The notes under the pieces were generated by a model, which ran no database searches, was not told the DNA's origin, and saw nothing but the letters and a program-made list of their open reading frames with translations. This document shows positions 1 through 7,186 of a DNA stretch of 64,000 nt, piece after piece; the first letter of the stretch is position 1; every line of letters starts with the position of its first letter. This DNA comes from a gamma proteobacterium SCGC AAA076-P13 (lineage in GTDB: Bacteria; Pseudomonadota; Gammaproteobacteria; Magnimaribacterales; D2472). Where the stretch lies: contig ARRA01000002.1 of assembly GCA_000384935.1 (NCBI GenBank), positions 70,162-134,161 of the forward strand, written 5' to 3'. The translations under genes were made by a program, and so were the position numbers.

Positions 1-72
1 GTAATATAAAACTGTGGCTAACAACATCTATATTTTATACAGATTGAGCAGAGCAAAACGAAACACAAAATG

Positions 73-156
73 TTGTAAAGATGTTGTAAAGACAGATTTT
101 CTGCTCGCAAACCCTTATGTAGCAAGGTTCTTAAATAGTGTAACTATTGAGTGGGA
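73..156. repeat. 84-nt repeat unit, copy A
   Basis: Ordered blocks TTGTAAAG-N3-TTGTAAAG (73-91, 11-bp phase), CTCGCAAACC (104-113), CAAGG (123-127), ATTGAGTGGGA (146-156). The same blocks occur in the same order and over the same total length at 2144..2227. Hand alignment gives roughly 60-70% identity. Confidence 0.7.
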
Positions 157-176
157 ATAAAATGATTTGTATTAAA
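144..176. repeat. 33-nt direct repeat, left copy (CTATTGAGTGGGAATAAAATGATTTGTATTAAA)
   Basis: 30/33 identical to 2031..2063. The two copies bracket the two-gene cassette 216..1875. Confidence 0.8.
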
Positions 177-215
177 AAAGATATTTCCTATAACATATTC
201 TGTGATACCCAACTT

Positions 216-782
216 TTAAACAAAAGATTTGGGCTTTCTTAAGAAAATTTCTTTAATCATTGGTATGAAATAATCCAGAGGTTTTGTATCGAAGTCTGGA
301 TCAAATGATATCTGGTCCCATTTTGTACAAAAATCTATACAGTCTTGATAATATTGATGATTTTTATACTTATCTCGAGCATTTCTATCTTCATCATAAT
401 GATGCATCCAATAATATCCCTGAAATAATCCGTGATTTAAAATTATCCAATAATTTTTTTCACTAACATATGGTCTAAGCAGTGCTGCAGAAACTTGAGA
501 ATGGTTTGATGGTGATATCACATCTCCAATATCATGCATTAAAGCACAGACTATAGTTTCTGTATCTGCTCCATCATTGTCTGCTCTTGTAGCAGCCTGT
601 AAGCAATGCTGTAGCCTACTAATTTTATATGGCGATTCGCCGTTCATCATTTCAAGCCAATTAATAACTCTATCGAAAAGCTGTCTTTCATTTTCAGAAT
701 CATGAATTGTTATAAGATCATAATCATCTTTTGTTCCTTCTTTCATTGATGTAAATTCAACTTTTTTTGACAATTTAATCAC
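216..782 (-). CDS. HD-domain protein, PhnZ/TmpB-like candidate diiron oxygenase (C-P bond cleavage)
   Basis: 188-aa ORF with ligand-like pattern H(LQHCLQ)...HD(LMHDIGD)...H(SNHSQ)...H(LNHGLF)...D(KWDQISFD). Its GTG start overlaps the upstream BBOX-like gene by 8 nt; an ATG at 746 is an alternative start. Confidence 0.6.
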   Translation of the reverse strand: MIKLSKKVEFTSMKEGTKDDYDLITIHDSENERQLFDRVINWLEMMNGESPYKISRLQHCLQAATRADNDGADTETIVCALMHDIGDVISPSNHSQVSAALLRPYVSEKNYWIILNHGLFQGYYWMHHYDEDRNARDKYKNHQYYQDCIDFCTKWDQISFDPDFDTKPLDYFIPMIKEIFLRKPKSFV

Positions 783-1875
783 CTCTTCTATTTTTATAAA
801 GAACTAAATTATTTTCTACATTATCCATTTCATAATAAGCGTCTTGAAGATGACGTTTTCCATCTGGTTGAAATTCACACCTTCCATGTAATACTCTGTG
901 CCCATGAACTAAAAGTATATGGCCTGATTCAAGTCTAAATTTTGATTTGTATTTTTCACTATTAATTCTATTACACAACTCATGGTAAGCCATATAAAAT
1001 AAATCTAGGGTATCCTCAATAGGATCAATCATTTGCATCAGCTGATTTGAAAACCTAAATCCAGTAATTTTATTTTGAGAGTTCAATCGAACAATTGGCT
1101 CTTTGGTGTAGGTTTCATTTTCTTCATCAAACTCTCTAAATGGCACTGGAAAACTACATAAAATTTTAAACAAATTAGGGTTATCATTCTGTAAATCGTT
1201 AAGGACAGAATACCCGTCTACAATCATTGATTCACCACCTTCACATTCATTAGCCAGCATATGAAGAGCTTGGACACTAGGAGGCCAGGAGTAACTTGCA
1301 AAATCATTATGGGGAGGCACTTCTAATGAGGTGTGAGCAATATTATAGACATGTGTATCAATTGAAACATTATGGATTCTTTCAAACAACACCTCTCTAA
1401 TTGGACCAAGTCTTGTACTCAACATCTCTAATGAATTTGATAGGGTTGGAGAATTTTTTATACAAATAGCTCCTTTTGAAATGAATTCAGAAATAGCATT
1501 AATAGCTATTTCATCATTATTTAAAAAACCATCCCAGTCAAAATATTCTGGAGTAAAGTTATTAGTCCATAATATTTTTTTAGGCTTCCTGGGTGTTCTT
1601 AATAACTCTATATCTTTTAGCTGGATTACTGTTTTATGCTTATCAGGCCAAGAAACATTGATGATGCCATGGCTTATGTTAACTTCATGAGGTTTTAGGT
1701 CTGGAGGAACACTGCTTAATATAAACCTCTTTTCTTGGGTTTCTTTTATTCTGCATTCATTACAAGGACAGTTGTCTCTAACCCATAAATATGGAAGATT
1801 GTACTCAATTTTTTCATTATTAAAGATTTTTAAAGACCTTTCGCTTAATGTAAATTCAATGATTAACTCTCCCAA
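775..1875 (-). CDS. gamma-butyrobetaine hydroxylase-like Fe(II)/2-oxoglutarate dioxygenase (TmpA-like)
   Basis: N-terminal Cys-rich BBOX/DUF971-type motif WVRDNCPCNECR. HxD facial triad PPHNDFAS plus distal His/Arg in VHGHRVLHGR. TTG start without a clear SD. Confidence 0.7.
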   Translation of the reverse strand: MGELIIEFTLSERSLKIFNNEKIEYNLPYLWVRDNCPCNECRIKETQEKRFILSSVPPDLKPHEVNISHGIINVSWPDKHKTVIQLKDIELLRTPRKPKKILWTNNFTPEYFDWDGFLNNDEIAINAISEFISKGAICIKNSPTLSNSLEMLSTRLGPIREVLFERIHNVSIDTHVYNIAHTSLEVPPHNDFASYSWPPSVQALHMLANECEGGESMIVDGYSVLNDLQNDNPNLFKILCSFPVPFREFDEENETYTKEPIVRLNSQNKITGFRFSNQLMQMIDPIEDTLDLFYMAYHELCNRINSEKYKSKFRLESGHILLVHGHRVLHGRCEFQPDGKRHLQDAYYEMDNVENNLVLYKNRRGD

Positions 1876-2030
1876 CTATCAAATATATTTCTAATAATAA
1901 TATTTCTAAAACATACTATTAACAATAACTTTTTTTAATTTTTTTCCTAAAGTATTTCTTGGATCATTATCTTTTGGATCAAAATTAAAAGGCATTACAC
2001 TGTTACAATAAAGGTTCCAAAGGGTACTAC

Positions 2031-2063
2031 CTATTGAGTGGAAATAGAATGATTTGTAGTAAA
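2031..2063. repeat. 33-nt direct repeat, right copy (CTATTGAGTGGAAATAGAATGATTTGTAGTAAA)
   Basis: 30/33 identical to 144..176. Confidence 0.8.
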
Positions 2064-2143
2064 TTTTACAATTCACAAAGTGTTAAAATGTTAGACAATA
2101 GAGGTTCTTTAATATTCGTGGAAAACAAAATAAAACCAAAAAC

Positions 2144-2227
2144 TTGTAAACTACTTGTAAACTCTATTTTGGCACTCGCAAACCATTGTTCTTACAAGGA
2201 TTATTTTGCGACTACGATTGAGTGGGA
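2144..2227. repeat. 84-nt repeat unit, copy B
   Basis: TTGTAAAC-N3-TTGTAAAC (2144-2162), CTCGCAAACC (2175-2184), CAAGG (2195-2199), ATTGAGTGGGA (2217-2227). An internal hairpin is possible: TCGCAAA / CC(A)TTGT-TCTT-ACAAGG / TTTGCGA. Confidence 0.7.
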
Positions 2228-2233
2228 GTAACC

Positions 2234-2265
2234 GTCACTAATTAAAAGTCTTTTAAATCAGTGAC
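2234..2265. other. imperfect ~15-bp hairpin at the junction between repeat unit B and the truncated gene
   Basis: GTCACTAATTAAAAG-T-CTTTTAAATCAGTGAC. The outer 6 bp are perfect (GTCACT/AGTGAC). Confidence 0.45.
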
Positions 2266-2489
2266 TTAGGTTTTTCAAAAATTTCTGTGGTGATGGTGCA
2301 ACTATTGGTTTTAAGGCAAAAGATACGGCAACTATTGATGAGTGGCATAAAATTGGAGAAGATAATGGTGGGGTAACTTGTGAAGATCCTCCGGGGGTAA
2401 GAGATGGTGGCGGAATGCAGGCTTATTTAGGCTACCTAAAAGACCCATCAGGCAATAAAATTTGTACGATGCATAATATCAAAGCTTAA
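2265..2489 (+). pseudogene. 5'-truncated VOC/glyoxalase-family gene remnant (C-terminal ~70 codons only)
   Basis: The frame is open from 2265 to TAA 2487-2489 and has no start codon. Translation ...GFKAKDTATIDEWHKIGEDNGGVTCEDPPGVRDGGGMQAYLGYLKDPSGNKICTMHNIKA resembles the C-terminal half of ~125-aa glyoxalase/bleomycin-resistance (VOC) proteins. Confidence 0.6.
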
Positions 2490-2535
2490 AAATATTTAAA
2501 CTTTTATACTCCTTGTGAGTAATCCAAATATTAAT

Positions 2536-2570
2536 GACTATCGAGCCCTAGAAACAAAGGCTCGATAGTC
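2536..2570. terminator. bidirectional hairpin terminator candidate
   Basis: Perfect 12-bp stem GACTATCGAGCC / GGCTCGATAGTC with an 11-nt loop, followed by TTT. It lies 6 nt beyond the rimK-like stop and 47 nt beyond the VOC remnant stop. Confidence 0.6.
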
Positions 2571-2576
2571 TTTAGC

Positions 2577-3935
2577 TTAAGTTTTTATAATTCCAGCCTT
2601 TATCTCAAGGTGCTCAATTATCAACCCAGCAATATCTTTCTTACTTACTTTTTCAATACCTTCAAGACCTGGGGAGCTATTAACCTCTAGAACTTTAGGC
2701 CCTGTGCCTGTTCTAATAATATCAACACCTGCAAAGCTTAAGCCAAGTGCTTTAGTTGCTTGAATTGATATTTTTCTTTCTTCTTTGGTTATTATTATTT
2801 TTTTTGCAGTTCCTCCTGCATGAAGATTAGCTCTAAAGTCTTCATCTCCAGCAGTTCTTATCATAGATGCAACAACCTTATTTCCTATAACCAGGCATCT
2901 GATATCGCTTCCACTTGCCTCTTTAACAAATTCTTGAACTATAAATGGAGCATTGAGTTTTTGGAATGCGCTTATTACGCCCGCAGCTGCTTTTCTAGAT
3001 TCTGCTAAAAGAACACCTTTCCCTTGAGTGCTCTCAAGTAACTTTAATACCAAAGGAGCTCCACTCGCTAGGTCTATCAAGCTCTCTGTATCATGAGGAG
3101 AGTTTGCAAATGCTGTGTTTGGCATAGGTATTCTGTGGCTCACAAGCGTTTGATGTGCTGCTAACTTATCTCGAGACAAACCAATTGAAGAGGATGAATT
3201 TAAGCAATACGTTCCCATGGCCTGGAATTGTCTAACCACTGCCATGCCATAAAAGGTAATGGAACTTCCTATTCTTGGAATAATTGCATCGAAATGAGGA
3301 AGAGCTTCACCTTCATAGTGAACCTCAGGTTTATGACTTTGAATATTTAAATAACACCTTCTTGTATTGATTAACTCACATACATGATCTCTTGCCTCAG
3401 CTGCCTCAACGAGCCTCTTCGTTGAATAGTTATTTGGCTCTATAGTTAAAATAGCTATTCTTAAACTCCTTCTTGCCGGCACTTGCTTTTTTATATTTTT
3501 ATATAAATTGTAGGACAAGAAGCCTTGCTCAAAACTTATTTCAGGCTGAACAGTGAAGCCGTCCAAGGCGCTTCTTCCTAAAATCATTTTATATTTCATA
3601 TTCTCTCTATTGGTGAGAGTAATTTCTATTTTCTTCTTTACATCTCCAATAACTAACTCAGTCTCTATTACATACCTAAGTTCAGACATGCCATTGGAAG
3701 ATGTAACCGTTCTAACATCAGAAACATTTGCAGAGCAATATATAGCAAATTGATTGTTGTCCTCAATTGGATTAATTCCGAACCTTACCTTGGGCCTAGT
3801 TTTTGATCCAAATGGCTGTATGTTAAAAGCATGCAATGCGGAAGTTGCCGCGCCAGTATCTGTTTTAGATACAAGTGAAGGCAACCCTAGTTCAGGTAAG
3901 CTTACCCATTCTTCCCAGCCTACATTTAGATTCAT
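2577..3935 (-). CDS. rimK: fusion of retropepsin-like domain (RimB/DUF785-like) with RimK-family ATP-grasp alpha-L-glutamate ligase
   Basis: N-terminal GWEEWVSLPELGL...KTDTGAATSALHA (DTGA aspartyl-protease signature). C-terminal ATP-grasp motifs LVLKLLESTQGKGVLLAES, IRCLVIGNKVV, LEVNSSPGLEGIE. The ATG at 3935 has an AGGA SD; the ORF track extends to 4001. Confidence 0.8.
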   Translation of the reverse strand: MNLNVGWEEWVSLPELGLPSLVSKTDTGAATSALHAFNIQPFGSKTRPKVRFGINPIEDNNQFAIYCSANVSDVRTVTSSNGMSELRYVIETELVIGDVKKKIEITLTNRENMKYKMILGRSALDGFTVQPEISFEQGFLSYNLYKNIKKQVPARRSLRIAILTIEPNNYSTKRLVEAAEARDHVCELINTRRCYLNIQSHKPEVHYEGEALPHFDAIIPRIGSSITFYGMAVVRQFQAMGTYCLNSSSSIGLSRDKLAAHQTLVSHRIPMPNTAFANSPHDTESLIDLASGAPLVLKLLESTQGKGVLLAESRKAAAGVISAFQKLNAPFIVQEFVKEASGSDIRCLVIGNKVVASMIRTAGDEDFRANLHAGGTAKKIIITKEERKISIQATKALGLSFAGVDIIRTGTGPKVLEVNSSPGLEGIEKVSKKDIAGLIIEHLEIKAGIIKT

Positions 3936-4281
3936 TTGTTGTCCTGTATAATTAACCAATCTTATAACGAGATTATATATGGCACATTCACATAACCACA
4001 ATCATAAACATCATTCACCAGAGGATAGTGATTTTACTTTAATGGTGGCAGTTACTATTAACTCTTTATTAACAGTTTTTATATTTTCAATATTGATGAT
4101 ATTTTTTTCATAACTGAAACAAATATACCTGGTTGATATGTTTTGTTGCTCCTGTTTCTGATTGTAAGTTAATATTTTCTTAACTAATAACTTATGGTTA
4201 AGACGTATACTATGCAAAAAATATTAGATTTAATACAAATACTTAAGAAAAAATAACTAAGACATATAAAGGGAAAAAGAA

Positions 4282-5580
4282 ATGTCCAATAATAAGAAAT
4301 ATAAAAATAAGAAAATTGGAGATCATGAGCTTAAACCAGAAACTATGATGATGTCCTACGGTTATGATCCAGAGCTATCAGAGGGTTCAGTCAAACCTCC
4401 TATTTTCTTAACTTCTACATTTGCTTATCAGACACCAGAGGAGGGTGAAGAATTTTTTCAAGTTATGGCTGGAAAAAGGCCTGGGCCAGAAGGCAGTGTT
4501 GGCGGTCTTATCTATAGTCGTTTTAATCATCCAAACTTAGAAATTATAGAAGACCGACTTTCATTATTTGAAGGCTCAGAGCGCTCCGTTGTATGCTCAA
4601 GTGGCATGGGTGCAATAAGCTCAATACTCTTAGCTTATTTGCGTCCTGGCGATGTAATTGTTCAAAGCGCACCCTTATATGGAGGAACAGAGTTACTTAT
4701 TCGCAAATTTTTACCTGATTTTAATATCCAAACAGGAGAGCTTAATGATGGTTTGGATGAAAAAAGCATGTTGGATTCAATCCGGAATGCTAGTAAAAAA
4801 GGTCGTGTTGCCATGGTCTTTATTGAATCGCCAGCCAACCCAACTAACTCACTTGTTGATATTGAAGCTCTAAATAGAGTTTTAGATATCATCAAGTCAG
4901 AAACAGGACATCGTCCAATAAGTGTTTGTGATAACACTCTTATGGGACCTATCTTCCAACAAGTTGTACCCCAAGGTATAGATATAGCCATGTATTCCTT
5001 AACTAAATATGTAGGTGGCCATAGTGATCTTGTTGCAGGTGCTGTTTGCGGAAGTATTGAAATGCTTCGCCCAGTTCGAGCTACACGAGGTATGCTGGGT
5101 CTTACTCTTGACCCACATTCAAGCTGGATGATTTCTCGTTCACTAGAGACTTTAAATATCCGTATGCAACGCTCTGCTGATAGTGGCTATAAGGTGGCAC
5201 AGTGGATCAATGATAATCTATATATTCCTGCAAAGGTTCTTCACCCAGATTTTATAGAAGATGAGGTATATCAATCAGTCTATAAACGTCAGTGCTCAGG
5301 ACCAAGCTCAACATTTTCTTTTGTAATTGATGCTGCTAAGTCAGATGCCTTCCGTTTGATTAATAATCTTTCTATTTTTAAATCTGCTGTAAGCCTTGGT
5401 GGCAGTGAGAGCCTTGTCTGTCATCCTGGAAGTACAACGCATTCCAGCGTATCAGATGATTTACGAGAAAAATTTGGTGTAACCGATGGCTTAATTCGCC
5501 TTTCTATTGGTTTGGAGCATCCAGATGATCTGATTGCTGATCTTGATAATGCTTTTAAAACCACATTCAAGGATGCATGA
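4282..5580 (+). CDS. Cys/Met-metabolism PLP-dependent enzyme (cystathionine gamma-synthase / methionine gamma-lyase family)
   Basis: PLP-lysine motif YSLTKYVGGHSDLVAG and a family-typical N-terminal region (PPIFLTSTF, YSRFNHPN). Confidence 0.8.
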   Translation: MSNNKKYKNKKIGDHELKPETMMMSYGYDPELSEGSVKPPIFLTSTFAYQTPEEGEEFFQVMAGKRPGPEGSVGGLIYSRFNHPNLEIIEDRLSLFEGSERSVVCSSGMGAISSILLAYLRPGDVIVQSAPLYGGTELLIRKFLPDFNIQTGELNDGLDEKSMLDSIRNASKKGRVAMVFIESPANPTNSLVDIEALNRVLDIIKSETGHRPISVCDNTLMGPIFQQVVPQGIDIAMYSLTKYVGGHSDLVAGAVCGSIEMLRPVRATRGMLGLTLDPHSSWMISRSLETLNIRMQRSADSGYKVAQWINDNLYIPAKVLHPDFIEDEVYQSVYKRQCSGPSSTFSFVIDAAKSDAFRLINNLSIFKSAVSLGGSESLVCHPGSTTHSSVSDDLREKFGVTDGLIRLSIGLEHPDDLIADLDNAFKTTFKDA

Positions 5581-5778
5581 TCTTCTCACTTAATTAAGTG
5601 CTAATAAAGTAAAAATTTCTGCCTTAGTATGGTTTTATATACCAGTATGATTAGTTTGCCTACTTGCTATTATCTTCTGTATGTCTATATTGTTTAAGCA
5701 TCTGTTAAGCTAATAAAAAACTTTTCAAGACTTTAATTTTCGTGCTTGAGAGTCTATTAATCACTAAGAGGGAGCAAA

Positions 5779-7056
5779 ATGATCAGAAATCTAATGATAA
5801 ATTTTTTAAAGACTGCCTCTAAAGTTAAAGAGAAAGAAGTTAAAGCTGTAATTTTCTCATTTTTATTTGTGGTCGTCTTGATGTCAGCATATTATATTTT
5901 GCGACCAGTTCGCGACGCTATGGCTAGTGATTGGAGTGATGCAGAGGTAAGTTGGTTGTGGACCCTAAATTTTTTTATTAGCACCGCAATCGTAGCGCTA
6001 TATGGCAGTATGGTTTCGAAGTTTCGTTTTCGATTATTGGTGCCAACTATGTACGGCATTTTTGCCATATCATTTGTTATTTTTTATGCCCTAGGGTCTG
6101 TTTTTGAAGATCGAACTCTAATTGATAAATCATTTTATGTTTGGGTAAGCGTATTTAGCCTTTTTCATATTTCTGTTTTTTGGACTTTTATGTCAGAGCT
6201 ATTCAGTAAAGAGCAGTCAGGTAGGCTTTTTGGTATCATTGCTGTTGGTGCTAGTGTGGGTGGTCTCATCGGACCATCGATCACTGCATTTTTCTCAGTT
6301 TCTTTAGGTGCCGACAACTTGATGCTTATCGCAAGTATGATGCTGCTTATTCCAATTCCTATTATTTTTTATCTTCAATCATTGAAATCAAAAGAATTAA
6401 ATAATGAGGTGTTAGATATACCCGACTCCAATCATTCGATTGGCGGGAACCCACTCGCGGGCTTTAAAATGTTTTTCTCTAATCCATATCTTTTATCTAT
6501 CGGCTTATTTATTTTTTTATATACCGGTATTAGTTCATTTGTTTATTTCGAATTAAAAAACTTACTGAGCGATTTTAGTCGCTCTGAACGTTCTGTTATT
6601 TGGGCTCAAATGGATCTTGCAGTAAATATTTTAGCAATCTCTACTGGGCTATTTGCAACAGGTCGCATTGTTACTAAATTTGGTATGCCTGCAACTATTG
6701 CCATGGTTCCAATAATGATTTGTATCGGTTTGCTAGTATTGGCAATTTCACCTTTATTGGGTGTAGTTATGGTATTGCAGATCATTCGCCGCGCTGGCAA
6801 CTATGCTGTAACTCGTCCTGCTCGTGAAATGCTATTCACACTTGTTAATCAAGAAACTCGTTTCAAAGCAAAGCCTGTCATAGATATTGTTGCTTATCGG
6901 GGTGGAGACATGCTTACGGCCTGGCTGTTTACAGGCCTTACGCAAGGCCTGGGTTTAGGTTTGGCTTCAGTTGCTGCTGTTGGTGCCGGAATAGCTAGCT
7001 TATGGGCACTAGTAGGCATCTATCTTGGAAAATGGTTTGATCGCTATGAATCTTAA
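5779..7056 (+). CDS. 12-TM transporter, MFS-type / ATP:ADP-antiporter (TLC)-like family
   Basis: Polytopic 425-aa protein. N-terminal YYILRPVRDAMAS motif resembles the Npt/TLC-like MFS family from memory. Substrate unknown. Confidence 0.55.
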   Translation: MIRNLMINFLKTASKVKEKEVKAVIFSFLFVVVLMSAYYILRPVRDAMASDWSDAEVSWLWTLNFFISTAIVALYGSMVSKFRFRLLVPTMYGIFAISFVIFYALGSVFEDRTLIDKSFYVWVSVFSLFHISVFWTFMSELFSKEQSGRLFGIIAVGASVGGLIGPSITAFFSVSLGADNLMLIASMMLLIPIPIIFYLQSLKSKELNNEVLDIPDSNHSIGGNPLAGFKMFFSNPYLLSIGLFIFLYTGISSFVYFELKNLLSDFSRSERSVIWAQMDLAVNILAISTGLFATGRIVTKFGMPATIAMVPIMICIGLLVLAISPLLGVVMVLQIIRRAGNYAVTRPAREMLFTLVNQETRFKAKPVIDIVAYRGGDMLTAWLFTGLTQGLGLGLASVAAVGAGIASLWALVGIYLGKWFDRYES

Positions 7057-7186
7057 TCTAAAAATTAATAGAATAAGAAATATGGGTAGCAATCTTAAGG
7101 TTGCATGCAGGATTTATTTGAGGCATCGTAATACTAATCAATTTCACCTATCAATAAACTACAAAAACAACTAACGAGGAAATATT

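Noticed and set aside
1906-1995. 29-codon minus-strand ORF (MPFNFDPKDNDPRNTLGKKLKKVIVNSMF) upstream of the tmpA-like gene
   Set aside because: Too short, no recognisable family, no SD. It could be chance in AT-rich DNA.
2171-2186. Sigma-54 promoter (TGGCAC...) in repeat copy B
   Set aside because: TGGCAC is not followed by TTGC at the correct spacing, and the GG is absent from copy A.
2034-2231. 65-aa ORF (ends ...TIEWE) spanning repeat copy B; a parallel open frame in copy A (5-160) also ends in TIEWE
   Set aside because: Similarity between the two copies lies in contiguous nucleotide blocks with fully diverged spacers, not in a codon-position pattern. The composition is odd and there is no SD. 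I treat these as DNA or RNA repeat elements, not genes.
43-2265. Integron attC sites or a gene-cassette array
   Set aside because: I could not find the RYYYAAC / GTTRRRY core pair or the imperfect long palindrome typical of attC. The cassette holds two genes, and no intI is visible. I kept the locus as a generic site-specific insertion hypothesis only.
4011-4217. 68-aa ORF in the rimK / PLP-enzyme intergenic region
   Set aside because: Low-complexity Lys/Ile/Asn-rich sequence with no RBS. It lies in a divergent promoter region and is probably spurious. I also looked here for a SAM-type riboswitch and saw no convincing conserved structure.
5586-5599. 14-bp perfect palindrome CACTTAATTAAGTG just after the PLP gene stop
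   Set aside because: It is loop-less and lacks a T-tract, so it makes a poor terminator. It is short and AT-rich enough to be chance. Noted but not called.
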